A stretch of DNA of 63,996 nucleotides, filler included, from Rhabdomonas costata (GCA_019059605.1; 41 parts of 41 records of this genome joined end to end with filler, not necessarily neighbours in it), one strand, 5' to 3'. Numbered from the whole stretch's first letter, positions 37,444-51,063 are shown. The notes: generated from the sequence alone by a model not told the origin. Program-made: numbers and translations.

Positions 37444-40009
37444 NNNNNNNNNNNNNNNNNNNNNNNNNNNNNNNNNNNNNNNNNNNNTTAATTAATTAAN
37501 NNNNNNNNNNNNNNNNNNNNNNNNNNNNNNNNNNNNNNNNNNNGTGTGGTTTGAGTTTTAGTTTTTGAGCTTTTTTGGGGGGGGGGGGAAGGTGGGAAGG
37601 CCCTGGTCAGCAATAAGGGAATCCAGTTGGACTATGGCCTCGGAAGAATGTCTTCAATAGCGGATTTATATTTTTGATGTGCTCCTTCTTTTGAGCCTGG
37701 GATGCTTTTGGGACCTTTACCTTTTGCATTGACGGCTTAGACTCAGACGAAGAGAGTTCGGACGGTGGAAATGCCGCACCACGGTATAGGGTCTGACTCC
37801 AGAGTTCACCTTAATGCTTGAGCCAATAAGGACATTCGACAGGATTCGTCTCGCACGCTATTCTGCTGCTGGTTCGGAAGCCGGGTGACAGGGGACAGAT
37901 TTGGCCACTCTCTGTGGCCAAGGTACAGGGGGACCCCACGCGTCAGACGAATCCGACTGGCCATTTACCGGGACTGCTAAGTTATCGATTCAGAGGCTGG
38001 GACGTGGGCTCCGCTGGACACCCAGGACACCGCTCCGACTGTACTTATTTTTAAGAGTGCAACGCATGCAGCTTGCAGATCAATGCTGAAGACCATACAT
38101 GTTTTATGCTGAGGTGGGCCACCAAAACGCGCCCAAAAATAGGCGGTGCCCCATTGCATGTACGCTCTCTCTTTACAGGCCGCCTCAGTTTGTATCGATT
38201 CTCCAGTCAAGTTTTGGGGGGTCTAACGAAGGCCCCAAACCCTTTGGAAAGGACTAAAAACCGAATTTTTTTTTGTGAAAGTCTTTCGACATTTCGTGTA
38301 TTTTATGTCGGTTTTGCTGAATTGTAGGGTAATGTGGGACTCCCTCTCCCTCCCTCCGCCCTGGGCAGTTACGCCTCAGGTTAATTCTCTGGAACCCTGG
38401 TCTGCGGTGTTGTGCTCCCTTCCATGAGATTGTACAGTGGGTCAGCTGGAAATATGGGTCATCTTCTGCCACAACGCCGCATCTAAGCGGGCTGTGTCCC
38501 AGTACCGGAACGTTCACCGCTACCTTCTTTTCTGCGCAATTTAACAGCAATTTAGAATTGCTTGACGAATTTGTTGATTGGAGTCTTTTCCCTAGCAAAT
38601 CCCTCAATCTCAGAAGGTTCGTTTTTGTGGATCTTTGTCTCCACCATGAAATCCCTCAGAGGGCGCGATTTCAGCCAGGTTGCATTCTGCACAATCCAAA
38701 GCTGCATGATACTTGTTGTCCCCTTGGAGTAGTACCAGTCGTTAAACCAGCTCCCGATCGCCCTAACCTCAATGCCCAGGTTTTCGCATAGCTCAACGAC
38801 AAATCCCGGACCTTCTCTCTCCCGTGCAGCTCCACATACTTTGCTTCTCTCCCTAACGTGCTCTTATTTTCCCAGGGACATGTCAGAGCTGCAACTAAGG
38901 GTTCTCCCACTTGTCCCTGTATTTTTGCCTCTGTTTTGCCACCATTTGCCTCTATGTTTTTTTTGCCTCTCGATATCCCACCACACTCTCTCTCTTGTTC
39001 CCCCAANNNNNNNNNNNNNNNNNNNNNNNNNNNNNNNNNNNNNNNNNNNNTTAATTAATTAANNNNNNNNNNNNNNNNNNNNNNNNNNNNNNNNNNNNNN
39101 NNNNNNGGGGTGGGGGGGGGGACCTGGGCTGAGGGCCTATAAAGACGTGTTTTCCCATATCGATTTGAATGGAAAACAGTCACCACTGGTCCTCGTGGTC
39201 AAGAACACCGAAGGCATTTCCATATTTCACAGCACATAAATAGGAAAACGATACTGGTAGAAGAAATATCCTCCACTGCACATCCAGGTATGGAAGAAAA
39301 GCAGTCCTTACAGATGCGCACCTGAATTGCTCGAAAAGCACCGCAGGCCGGTCAAAAACGCCTCCTGGCACGTTCTCCTCGATGAAATTAAACTGCTCTG
39401 GAAAATTCCGTACAAAAAATAACAAAACAGACGCACACCCTGGTTTGACTCTTTCTTTCCACACTCCCAACAGATTTTTTGCGCACACGATAGCAACTGG
39501 GGCTGCCACGCTGAGCGGTGACGTGCATGAACAGCCCAATGACACAAGGTTTGTAAAAATACGTTAAGAAGCTAAGATGTGCTATGGAGCTGCTGCCCTA
39601 GCCTGGGTCATTGCACAGTACCAAAACGCATCATGGCAGAAGGTGTTCGGGTTCGCGGGGGGGGGGGCGTGAGTGCGCGAACCTCGGTCGTTAGCTTCAT
39701 CAGCTTCCGCGTTATTGTCCTTGGCGCGGGGCCTGATAATCTTCGGTCTGAATTACAACAGGGCTAACTCAGTTGTGCGCAACCTCAAAGTGTCAAAATA
39801 TCTGAAGACAGTTTTTCAGTGCGCTCTTCCTGCAGCAGGGAGGCGGGAGAAATGAGCAGTCCAAAAACAATCTTGCGAAGCAAACGAAACCCTCACTGGC
39901 AGCTAACTTCTCACCAACACAACATTCATGGGTGCCTGTGCATCGCTGGTATCAGCACTTATTGCGGAGCGAGGCCACTCTAGCGCAGCACCTATCAGAC
40001 AATGACGCA

Positions 40010-40058
40010 GTGTGTATGTATGTATGTATGTATGTATGTATGTATGTATGTATGTGTG
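40010..40058 (+). repeat. (TATG)n microsatellite
   Basis: Tandem TATG units. Confidence 0.95.
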
Positions 40059-41283
40059 TCCGCTCTGAAGAGATACTCTTTACATGGCGATCCCCTCCCC
40101 CCGAATATGCGAGTCCGTACTCAGTCACATTTAGCCGATTTGTCCGGTTGATTTTCCATTCGATATATCAGGCAGACTGACTGTCACCGTCAGCACGGTC
40201 CTCAGTTCCTTAACATCCACTGACACAGAAATAGAGACAACGGGATCCGCGGAAAGCAGTGAAAGACACACCGGGGTGGCGGCTTCTTTGATGGTTGCCT
40301 GAATAGATGCGGAAAGGAAGAAGAAGAAGAAGCGGATATATAGTTGCCTAGATATTGTCAGAAGCTCATTCGTTCATCTACTCGCGGACTTGGTTTTGCA
40401 AGCAAAATGCCATTCTCACGATATCCTCCCAGCATTGCATGAATGAACTCAAAACAACGATGGTGCCGCCCACAATACCTTTTCTGAAATCCCCCAAAGA
40501 ATCAGGGCGAGGAATGCATACTCCAAAAGCACACTAGATATGTGTTTGGATTCTAAGATCCCACACAAACNNNNNNNNNNNNNNNNNNNNNNNNNNNNNN
40601 NNNNNNNNNNNNNNTTAATTAATTAANNNNNNNNNNNNNNNNNNNNNNNNNNNNNNNNNNNNNNNNNNNNTGCATCAGCTTCCACCTTCTGGTACCTTTC
40701 CTTTCCCGCTCTGCGGCGTGTGGAGGATGGACCGACCTTGCTGTCCGTGGAAGTAGGCATTGTCTTGTGATCATTGCAGTAAGAACTTGACCTATCTAAT
40801 ATATCGTCTTCAGCAGGATGATCACACGGTCCGTGATTCCCCCTGCGATTTTGTTTGTACCCAGATCAAAAGAATGTTTTGGTTTCTTTTGCTTCACACC
40901 ATTTTTCACCCATGGAGTAAGCTGCCAGTTACACTTTTAGGTGCTGCGGCCTGTGATGCCCGCATAGTTTTTCTAATTTGTACTGAAGCACTTCCACCAA
41001 CTCATAGAAAACCCTGGTTCTGAGTTGACGGTGCAACGTATTTCGTGTTTTGTCCTTCCGTTCCGGCCCCCGGTCCAGTCACGACATTCAGCTTGTGTTT
41101 GAAGATGGTAACTGTAATCAGCACATTGAATAAGGAGCCGAAATCTTTGAGCATGCGAGTTTGGATACTGATTCCGGTGCCAACTCCCAGGTAGGCGTTT
41201 CTCTCTCTCCTTTGTTTCCTCCTGCCAGACGTCTGATACCCGCAAAGATTTTGCGCTGCCCTTTGTTGGGTTTTTTTTCGCAG

Positions 41284-41842
41284 CCCTTCCATGCAACCTC
41301 TCGGTGAGTGGCTTCTTCGACGTGCTGTTTTGGGTCAACGGGCTGTTCGTGCCCGGTGGGGATGGCCTTTTCCTAGGCCGGCCCTACTACACTGGTTTGG
41401 GGCGCGGTATTCAGGACTGTGAGCTTTGGTACGGCCCCACGCTGGGGTGGACATTTAGCTCCCGGCGGAACTATACAGAGCGCATTTTCGCGCACAACCC
41501 TCAGGACGTGCTCACGCCCGACCAGCTCACCGAGCCGTGGTTGTACTCCTACTGGGGGGAGAGTGTGGCTGTGGTTGACCCCTCGCTGCGGACGCTGTGC
41601 TCAAGTAAGTACGCGGGAATGCCCTCTTCCTCTTCTGGAATGCTTTGCTATTTCTGCATCGTCGCACGCCAGTTCGCGAACAACATTTTTACTTGATCCC
41701 TTCTATTCGTTTGATGGTGGCATTCTCCCGACAGCCCAATCGTGCGTGTACTATGAGGAGTGCCCTGAGCCTGTCCTGTACCGCAACGCGTCCAAGCTGT
41801 GTGCCCTGAATCCCTGCACGGAAGCGGAGTGCTGTGTGCAAG
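41284..41842 (+). CDS. Two exons of a probable secreted or surface Cys-rich modular protein
   Basis: Phase-1 symmetric exons 41284-41604 (VNGLFVPG...GRPYY...LWYGPTLGW) and 41735-41842 (CVYYEECPEPVLYRNASKLCALNPCTEAECC) have canonical splice sites and N-glycosylation sequons. Confidence 0.75.
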
Positions 41843-43205
41843 GTACCTCGCACATGATGCCAGAGGCAGAAGGGAGTGGTTTCAGGAAGCCGTTTTGTCG
41901 TCAGTAATGTCTCCCTCTCCTTTTCCATTATACCCCGTTTGTGCAGGCATGCCCTATGCTGCTGAATTCACTCGTTTCCATTATTTTTGATTTCGTATTT
42001 GTAAATCATGTGTGTGCCATGTGGTCGTTTAAGAATGCCCCGCCAAAGATGTCGCAAAGAAGCCTCCCAAATACTTTTCTACGTGTCCGTGAGACTTGTT
42101 CCCTCTTCCGCAACCACCCATGTCCGAAAGCCGNNNNNNNNNNNNNNNNNNNNNNNNNNNNNNNNNNNNNNNNNNNNTTAATTAATTAANNNNNNNNNNN
42201 NNNNNNNNNNNNNNNNNNNNNNNNNNNNNNNNNGTGTTGGGTGTGTCTGGGTTTTGGTGTTCTGTATCAAGGGCCATCGGCTAGTCCTTCAAGCTCTGGC
42301 CCTTAATCCACGTACAAACTAGGGCATTGGGGGAATTGTGTTCTTGGGAACTAGCCAGCACGATTCCCATGAGTTTCCACGTGCTACAAAGACCACATTT
42401 CAGTGAATTATTATGCGCCACCCTCTACTGCTCAGCCAAACCAGATGCATCATCACCACCACAGGTCGGTAGAGCAGTATGCTATCAAACAGGTAAGTGG
42501 GGAATACTAATGGGAGCACTTTAGCGGAATGGGTGTTCACATTGCTGGACACAGATGAGAGAAAGACAGATTCGTAAATGGTCGCGCAACCAGGGCTGCA
42601 AAGTAGTCCGGGTGAACCCGCTGCTTGAACAGCCACATCGTGAATGCAGCAGTGCTGTTCTTGGCGCTGGTCAGCAGGCTGTGCTTAGAATTCCCTGCGC
42701 CCCCCCCCCAAAAGAAAACCAGCGAAAAACATATCGAGCATAAAGAACACGAACGCGTTCGCAGTGCGATTGCGACCAATGCTCGAACATACACAGGCCA
42801 GTGCAGCTGTGACATCAATCTTCCGAATAATCTCTCGACTGCTGAGTACCGAAGGTCATTTTGTCTGACAACGAGCGCAGAAAGCCTCCACGCACAAATG
42901 ATGCACACTGCTTGCACAAGGCACACACCCACACACGCAGAGGAGAGAGAGAAAGTGTGTGTGTGTGTGTGTGTGTATGTGTGTGTGTAAGTGAGGTGAA
43001 AGGGGTGAACTCTGGGCATCCCACAAAAAGTCGACCTCCGCCCCACAGTCCCAAAGAACCCGACGAAGAGCGTCCAAGGCAGGGGGAGATGGTGCCTTGC
43101 TGATGATGAACCAACCACTCCGCCAGGGTCGAAACGCCAGTCACTCCAGCAAGCTATCAGATCTTTCAGCTGTGATGATGGATGCACTGGGGGTTATGTG
43201 CGAGA

Positions 43206-43237
<32 letters not shown>

Positions 43238-43814
43238 CGCAGTGTAACAAACTCTGCACACTACCAAAGCACAACTCAGTGAGGTCCATCATATTCGGCG
43301 AAGAGAACGACAACTGGAAAACCTCCGCCATGGCCTCCAACTCTGCGCCCCGGAAGTCCCCACTCATTGCCTGTGAACCCACGTACCCACCTTTCGCACC
43401 CAAGCCAAAAAACAATGATTGCAATGCTATTATTGCAGAACCCCAACATGCACCATAGAAGGCAGAATACAGCCAAACACAGTCAGCCCCCCCCTCATAA
43501 TCGGGTAGGCAGCAGGAACACACGCCCAGCCGAGTGCTTCAATAAAGTGTGCAAAAGAAGGTAGTGTCTGGGGACCGAGCACACACGGCGAAGATGTGGG
43601 CGGGGTAACCTCTACACAAATCACATCTAGTCTACGTTCTAGTATTCACAAGGAAGGGAACCCAACACTGCTCACCGTAGTTGGCCCAACCACAANNNNN
43701 NNNNNNNNNNNNNNNNNNNNNNNNNNNNNNNNNNNNNNNTTAATTAATTAANNNNNNNNNNNNNNNNNNNNNNNNNNNNNNNNNNNNNNNNNNNNGGTGG
43801 GTGTGTTTGGGGGG

Positions 43815-43918
43815 TGGTGGTCCAACGAGACGCCTTTCCCCATAGCTCAGGGGACAGGGAGAACCCCTGGGACTGGTGGTCCAACGAGACGCCTTTCCCC
43901 ATAGCTCAGGGGACAGGG
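43815..43918 (+). repeat. 45-bp perfect direct repeat, two copies, next to a primer tail
   Basis: 43815-43859 is identical to 43874-43918. Confidence 0.9.
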
Positions 43919-44424
43919 GCGTAGCCGTGAGTTCTTGGCAAGAAAAAGCAACAAAAGCAGAACGCCAAGAGCAGAAAGTAATAGCTCGGAGATGGCACAG
44001 CCCGGATGGAACGTCCTAGTTCAATTTTACGGAATTCTTAAGAAGTAAACCAGCACGTATGCGAGACCCCCACGGCATATTGACCAGGGACTGGCATGAA
44101 TTTCATGATAAATTTTGATGTCCCCTCCATCCTATCTGAGGTGCCAAGTGGATAAAATAATAATAATGCACCAAAAAAACCACAAAAATAGCGCAGCTTG
44201 GAGCTTGCCAGATCCAAAAGCAGACTTTTGCTCACAAAAGAAAAAAAGAAAGGTTGTGGCAAACGGTAATAAAAAAAAGCAAATTTCGGTATGGCGAAGG
44301 AGACACTGCAACACCATCAGACTCAGGGCAGAACAGATGCCACTATGAACAGAAACCTAGTTGTGTCCTACAGAATCAGATGTGAACCAATAGTAGGTGC
44401 AACAAATCAGATGGTGCAACAAAC

Positions 44425-44908
44425 CAGCTGCATCATCAAACGGCGCTTCAACGATACCTTGCGTGGGACGAAACCAACACAAACATTCACGCACCTTCTC
44501 GACTCAAAGGTGACGTTTTCGCTGGAGCCGATAAAGACCGCTGGCGAAAGGTTGAATCTACGCACCACAAAACCAGCAACAATCCACAACACTCAATAAA
44601 AACGAACAAAGAAAGGTGTTGGGAGAGTGTCACCTGAAACAGTCGATTCAGGATGAGAACGCGTCGGTCGGGTTGGTGACTCGACGAAACATGCTGCAAC
44701 GCAGGAAAATATCAAAAACGACCTTGAGACAAAAATTAAGGGACAAAAAAGACTATAAAAAAGGACATACCTTCGGGTAAACATGTCAACCGCGCCGCAA
44801 GTTCATAGAGACGCAATGAGCGTGCTTTGGTACTACACCGAAGAATCTCACGTAGCTGAACAAGCAAATCAGCTGCTTCACTCTGAACATCGTACGAGCT
44901 ATTGAGCG
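44425..44908 (-). CDS. Four short exons of a hypothetical protein with short introns
   Basis: Exons 44908-44771, 44693-44634, 44557-44495 and 44457-44425 are all multiples of 3 and phase 1, separated by GT-AG introns of 77, 76 and 37 nt. The spliced frame is open. Confidence 0.6.
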
Positions 44909-46463
44909 CTTCCATGTAAAATAACAAAACAACAAAGTGTGCCTTAAAAGAAACAAAAAAACCTAACGGACTCCAATGCTTGCACATAATGACACTGAAA
45001 GATAGAACACAATCCATTAACTCCAGACGATACATTGTGAAAAAAAGCTTACACACATTCTTTCGACCAAAACACTGAGATAAAAACCTCCTAAGCCCAA
45101 CTACCTTTCTCACTAACTCCATCCCCATAAACAAACGAGCTTAACGCCAAAAGAGGCGTTGCTCTCCCGAAATCCCATAACCCGCACCCCACCAAACACA
45201 CACAAACACACAGCCACCACCAGCTTCCCGGTTTCCCACTCAAATTCCGAAGAAAAANNNNNNNNNNNNNNNNNNNNNNNNNNNNNNNNNNNNNNNNNNN
45301 NTTAATTAATTAANNNNNNNNNNNNNNNNNNNNNNNNNNNNNNNNNNNNNNNNNNNNGGGGGTGTGGCCAGCAGGCTCTGGCCCGGAGCGAGAGTTGCTC
45401 TGCTGGGAGACTTTTGAGGTCGCCCCATAGGAAGATGGTGCGGCTGCATGCCAGCTCAACAGGAAGGAGGATAACGATCCATCCTCTAAAAACCGCTCTG
45501 TCATTCGTCCGACGTAACCCTATTAATACTGACTACTTCACCGTGCTTTCAGAGTAGTGCTCCTGTATCTGAGATCTCGAAACCACTGACACCAAGTTGT
45601 AGACAGAATTGAATTTACCCTCCCTTCATCTCTCTAGTGAGAGACCAACACCATTTTTATCACGGCGCTTCGACCCCTTCAAAATGTTCCAAATCGTATT
45701 TGCGTGTGCTCTTTTGGCCTTTTCGTAATCGGTCTAAATGGTTCCCGAACGCCTGAAACACCTTTTGTCCTCCATTTACGCTTGCAGGGTTTGTGTGCTC
45801 ATGCACTTCGGAGCTGAGGAAGCTTATGGAGGCCGGAGTGAACCTCATTCTTTTGGAATTGACTCGGCTGTATTCTCCGTAGGTCCACTTTGCTCGCAGA
45901 GGCCCACGTTTGTCAGCGCTGCTGTTTGCTGGCAATTGTTGACTACCTTTGGTTTTTTCTGCCTTACTGTGGCTGGCCCACTTTGAGATGCGATCCAAAC
46001 GGTGTTATTGTATTGAAGGCCGGTTAAACGTTCGGAAATGTTTCTTTCTGGGCGTCAGCTGCCTGCTCCGACCTTGAATGCTGTCTTATTCGTTCGCCAG
46101 AGTTCGATGACGTCAAACAAAAAATAGGGTGAACTATTCTACGCAGACCTCCAGAAGTGGAACGGCTTCTGCTGAGTTGAGACCTTTTTATCGGGTTTTT
46201 GTGTGCATGTAGTGACCTCAATTCGATGCTACTTTACTGCTGGATTAGGGCTTACAGGTAAAGTTCGAAAAGAACGGTTAGTTGCGAAACAGTGGCACCC
46301 AGGCCAGGGCTCGCAGGAGCGGGCGGCTGAGGCGTGAACGCGCCTTGGGGTCGTATGGTAAATTGCTTGGTCAATACAATAGCAAGTACTACTCCCTCCT
46401 TCTAAGCTCCTTGTCACGATTTGATGTGTCCTGCTGCCATCTGATATTACGCCTTTTTTGCAG

Positions 46464-46679
46464 GGACCGTTTTTCAGTGAGCTGTGGTGGTATTTTATGG
46501 AAACAGCGTCTTGCAATGCCTGTCTTATCCCCGAGAAGGTGGTGCAGGATACAGACGTCGTGATTGACCCCCAACCGGTCTCCGCCTCTGCAAAGCCCGA
46601 GCCAGCACCTGAGCTCACTTTGCAGGCTGAGGATACTTCCACCCAAATCTTTCTCCAGAGGCTTCAGTTTCCCTCAGAA
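46464..46679 (+). CDS. Possible internal exon of a hypothetical protein
   Basis: TTTTTTGCAG acceptor, open frame GPFFSELWWYFMETASCNAC..., GTTTGG donor. Confidence 0.4.
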
Positions 46680-47156
46680 GTTTGGGGTGTGCTGGAATTA
46701 CGGAGTGGAATTTTGGGCTTTTGGAAAAGTGGGCTTCTGTGCTTCGACCCGGATCGCAACATTCTAAAGCGCGTCAATCTGCATCACTCCAATCGCGTGG
46801 CGCCTGAGACTGCGGGCCATNNNNNNNNNNNNNNNNNNNNNNNNNNNNNNNNNNNNNNNNNNNNTTAATTAATTAANNNNNNNNNNNNNNNNNNNNNNNN
46901 NNNNNNNNNNNNNNNNNNNNGTTGTGGGGTGGCTGTTTGCATGCCACTCAGCTGTAACAGGATTCAATTGCCTCGGCCGCCCCTCACTTTTCCCACAGAA
47001 GACAATTATTCCCAAGGGCAACGCTCAGAAAGTGAGTACCGATCAGGAGTCAAACTTGGTAGGATCTGCGCTTCAGAGCGCGAATGCATTCGTGCTCGCG
47101 AGTTGGAGGCATTTTGTTCCGCAGTTGCCTTCATAAATGGAGAGGAAAAGCAATAC

Positions 47157-47928
47157 CTCGCCTCGGCCGCGCTCCAGCCGATCCTGCAGGTCGACGAGGT
47201 TGTACCGTACCAAAAAACTCTCGAGGTCCTGTCACGTGTCACGGTGTCAGCGAACAAAAGCGGGGACGCAGTGGCACATGGGAGAGGGGGGCACGCCACG
47301 GAGCTTTCTTGCGTGATAATTATGTCGCAATGTTTTCAGCGAATTTTAGTCGGACTGTGATGCTGAGCTCGATGGAACTGCCAGCTGCAAAAAAACCCCC
47401 CCCCCCCTCTCTCTCTCTCTCTCTCGTGATTTTTGGTCATTTTCTCCAGATTAGAAACAGTAGGTTGTGGTATCAGGTCTGGATTGTCACATGAAGAATA
47501 CAGCGAGCAGTGCTCACAGGTACGAAGGAGCCCCTTGCGCCCAGAGGAGTGGGTTTGATGCATATGGATACCTTTCGACTTGCGAAGCACAAGATTGAGC
47601 GGGGTTGCACCGAAAAGGAGTGAGAAGAAAACCCCAAAGAAGCAAGTTCATGAGAGGGAGCGGGTGGAAGACCGGCCCTCTCCTTGGGGGAGAGGTCGCC
47701 AAGGTGGTGCAAGGTGATTCGGGGATTCGATACCTTTCGGACATTCATCAGGACAGAGTGAGGAACTCGGCGGAGAGTGGTGTTGTCATGCACAGTGTGG
47801 GGCTCCTTCTTCAAACAGCGCAGGCAGCAGCTGCGCGGCAGCTGGGCAAAGGGGCAGGCCTCGCCCATCCGGCACCACCCAAAGATCCGCACGCAGGGAT
47901 GCAAGGGCTCCGCTGATCCGGAGGGGGC
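47157..47928 (-). CDS. Exons of a Cys/His-rich (CCCH-like zinc-finger) protein, possibly followed by a SAM-like helix
   Basis: Phase-0 exon 47928-47734 (HPCVRIFGWCRMGEACPFAQLPRSCCLRCLKKEPHTVH) and phase-0 exon 47228-47157 (DLESFLVRYNLVDLQDRL). Both are GC3-rich with AG/GT ends. Confidence 0.6.
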
Positions 47929-48493
47929 CTACAGAACCCGACAGAAAACAAACACCGCCAAAGCCGCCCACTCCGCGGACTGGCCTTCGGCCGCTGGCAT
48001 CCGACTGCGAACCAAAACCTGTCCCTCTCGAACGGAATTGTCGAAAAACGGTTAACGGCGTTAAACTCTCTCCATTGCTATTGTCCTGCACATTGGGGTA
48101 TTTTATCATTGTCTTCGCATCATGCACTTTTCACACAATATCCGCACATGCACGTTTCTTGTAACGCAAAATTCCACCGCAAAAAGCGGATGGCGAAACC
48201 CTTCTGTACAGCAGACAGGCCTTGTTGCCTGAGTGAGTTTCACAACGCGACTACAAGGTTCGAATACAATGGCTTTTGCATCCTCAACAGAAAGTTGGTC
48301 AAACTTTGCTGGTAATGACTTCATTAAATTTGCCTACCACATCCATAAAACACACCGTTTCGGGGAGTGCCCTTCCGAGCCACNNNNNNNNNNNNNNNNN
48401 NNNNNNNNNNNNNNNNNNNNNNNNNNNTTAATTAATTAANNNNNNNNNNNNNNNNNNNNNNNNNNNNNNNNNNNNNNNNNNNNGTTTTGGTTG

Positions 48494-48808
48494 GCTTTTT
48501 CTTGTCTTTGTTTTGGTTTCATCGACTTTCATTCCACTGAGTTCATCTCCTTTCGGCTCGGATCTCGGAGGCCCTCACTCGGGCCTTCAGCTCCGCCTTG
48601 GCCACCTTCATCGCCTCCAGCTCCGCCTCCAGTTCACTGATTGTACGGAGCTGTTGTGAGGCCACCGCAGTGCGGAGCTGCTGCGCCGCAGAGGGGTGCG
48701 GAAGGGGCTGCTGCTGCTGCTGCTGCTCCATCTGGGATGGGGTCACCGAAAGGAGATGAACTCAGTGGAATGAAAGTCGATGAAACCAAAACAAAGACAA
48801 GAAAAAGC
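48494..48808. repeat. 63-bp inverted repeat at a contig start (fold-back chimera)
   Basis: 48494-48556 is the reverse complement of 48746-48808. It truncates a coiled-coil exon. Confidence 0.93.
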
Positions 48809-49610
48809 AAAGCAAAACAAAACAGCATGCAAAACTGAAAAGATGCCACACAGAGGTGCCTGGGTGGAGATCGACATGCATCCGGGACCGAGGTTCCACT
48901 TTGGTGAAGTTAGCAAGATGTTCGCACATCGCAAGAACGCAGTTTTGACTGGGTCTGGGTCTGGGCCTCATGAATTGAAGGCGCCATGACATCATGACAT
49001 TCACGACAATGTATGGGCGTGTCCACCCATACGTACGGGCCCCAAAACAACAAACGTTACAGACCGTACAAAACTTCTCCCCGTATAAAAAGCAGCATGT
49101 CACAAAGAACCCCAGGGTAACTAAGCTGTGCAACGAACCAGAACAGGCGAGTCAAAAAATTAAACACGGAATCCAGGGAGAATATCACAAACATTGTCCA
49201 GAACAGGCGAATGTTTTCTGTGTTTACCCCAGTGTCCAACAAACTTGTGAAGAAGTGAAGCTGCACCACAACTACTACAAAGGGCGAACCGGCATATTCG
49301 GGAGGGGGGCATTAAAGCTTACAGAACAGAATGTTTTTTTTGCCATATATCACTCCGTTTTGTCCCACAAGAAACCACTTGCAGGCTTCTGCACAGATCA
49401 CTGATAGTCCGTGGCCCGCTCACCCAGGACCTTCACCCGAAGACTTCGTGCCCTCTGCCAGGAGTTTCCGAAGCTCGGTGGAGCTGAGGTCAAGCCGGAA
49501 CTCCTCCTCTGTGAAGCCGACTCGGAAGAGGCTCTGGAAGAGCTCCTGCGGTAGGCCCTCTGGCACGGCCAGATCGGCGAGAGTCTCGAACCGGCCCTTC
49601 TCCAGCCGGC
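48557..49610 (-). CDS. Two exons of a hypothetical protein, the second being polyQ plus coiled coil
   Basis: GC3-rich exons 49610-~49424 (RLEKGRFETLADLAVPEGLPQELFQSLFRVGF) and 48731-~48557 (MEQQQQQQ...ELEAELEAMKVAKAELKARV). The join phase is not resolved. Confidence 0.55.
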
Positions 49611-50592
49611 CTACCAGCCAACAGACACACTGAATTTCCGAATACCTCAATCCTCCCACAGCTCTGCTACTCTTCTTCTCTTGTAGTCCGTATGGATGCG
49701 TATTTGTTGCTCCGACCCTGCGCATTAGTGCGAACAAAACGGCACCGTCGTTTCCCGTTGATTTTCTTTCCACCCCACACAGTCCACGACACACAAGCAT
49801 ACAAAATATTCCTATGTCTCCTTTTTCGAACGCAACACCGACCCCATCCTACCTTTTTCCGACTCGCTTGGGCCTAATGTTTCTTTTGTTCCGTGGTGAA
49901 TGTTGGGCAGTGAACATATGGTTTAATATATCGTGACAACCAAACCNNNNNNNNNNNNNNNNNNNNNNNNNNNNNNNNNNNNNNNNNNNNTTAATTAATT
50001 AANNNNNNNNNNNNNNNNNNNNNNNNNNNNNNNNNNNNNNNNNNNNACAAGGATTCGGGTTCCATCTCAGGGGTCGGTGAATGCAGGACGGGTGCAGTGG
50101 AGGAAATTTCCTCCGCCACCTTTGGTGACTCTGACAAAAAAGGCAATCAGAATCCGATGACCATTACCCGAAAGATCTAGGAAACCGCACTCGCAACCTT
50201 ACCGCTGCTCTCGCAGGGTACAAGCGAATGGAAACGCACGGGCGAATGCCACCACCAGTTTAGGAGGTATCCAGATTCAGCTTTGAGGTGGAGTTGAGCT
50301 TTGGCACGAACGAGGAAACAACTAAATCCTCCACCTCACCGTCCTCTGAAAAGAATATTCAGGAAGGCCTTTCCATCGAATGCACTGCAAATGGTGGCAG
50401 CAGAACGGAGCGGAGAAGAGAAGAGAAGACTCGGCCGTAACGCACACGCCCCCATGTCGGCTAAGTACCAAATTCCTTGTACCGCAAGCTTATCCGATGA
50501 AAGCAATGAAATAAGCTGAGCAGTAGCACAACTCAGGCACCGAATGGAGGATACATTCCAAACGTAAGCCCAGGAAAACTGTGTGCGTGCAC

Positions 50593-51063
50593 CTTTTGTA
50601 GCAATCGGAGACTCCTGCTTGTCTTCTCGATAAAAATGGCAGGCCGCGCCAACAAGGCGGGGTTCGACAGTCCCTTGCAGCATTTGGGCCGCCACAGCCG
50701 CGTCAGAGACCATTGCAACAGCAAACGGACGAGGCCATTTATAGCACAGGTGAGCAACCGAGAGCCGCGCAAGATCGTCAGCAAACGCCCTGTCCAGCAG
50801 AGCGAAGACATTGCAGCGGAAAAACCCCATAGTCGGGCTCCTGCGGGAGAGTTGAACTTTCACAGGCTCGCCCAGCACGGTCAAAGGGGGGCGGGTAACC
50901 GCGGAGTGAAGGTCAGCACCCGCAGCAAAGCGGCCAAAGACGAGGCCACCGCTCATAAAGACGGTTACATCAGTTAGATTTGGGAAGTGCGGGCTAAGGA
51001 TGCTGTGCAGCACTTTGGAAAAGGGGACTTTCAAAGGAACCGGGAACACCATGGAGGGCCGAC
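50593..51063 (-). CDS. Large exon encoding a probable degenerate RRM-like protein
   Basis: 471-nt phase-1 symmetric exon (CAG acceptor, GTGCAC donor). LVFGRFAAGADLHSAVTRPPLTVLGEPVKVQLSR resembles an RRM beta3-alpha2-beta4 segment. Confidence 0.45.

Noticed and set aside
43815..43918. 45-bp direct repeat as a mini-CRISPR or tRNA-derived SINE (contains TAGCTCAG)
   Set aside because: Only two copies with a 14-nt spacer, no cas gene, no B-box or cloverleaf, and it sits next to a primer tail.
46929..47360. Plus-strand 143-aa ORF
   Set aside because: It overlaps a better-supported minus-strand exon (47228-47157) with splice sites and GC3 bias.
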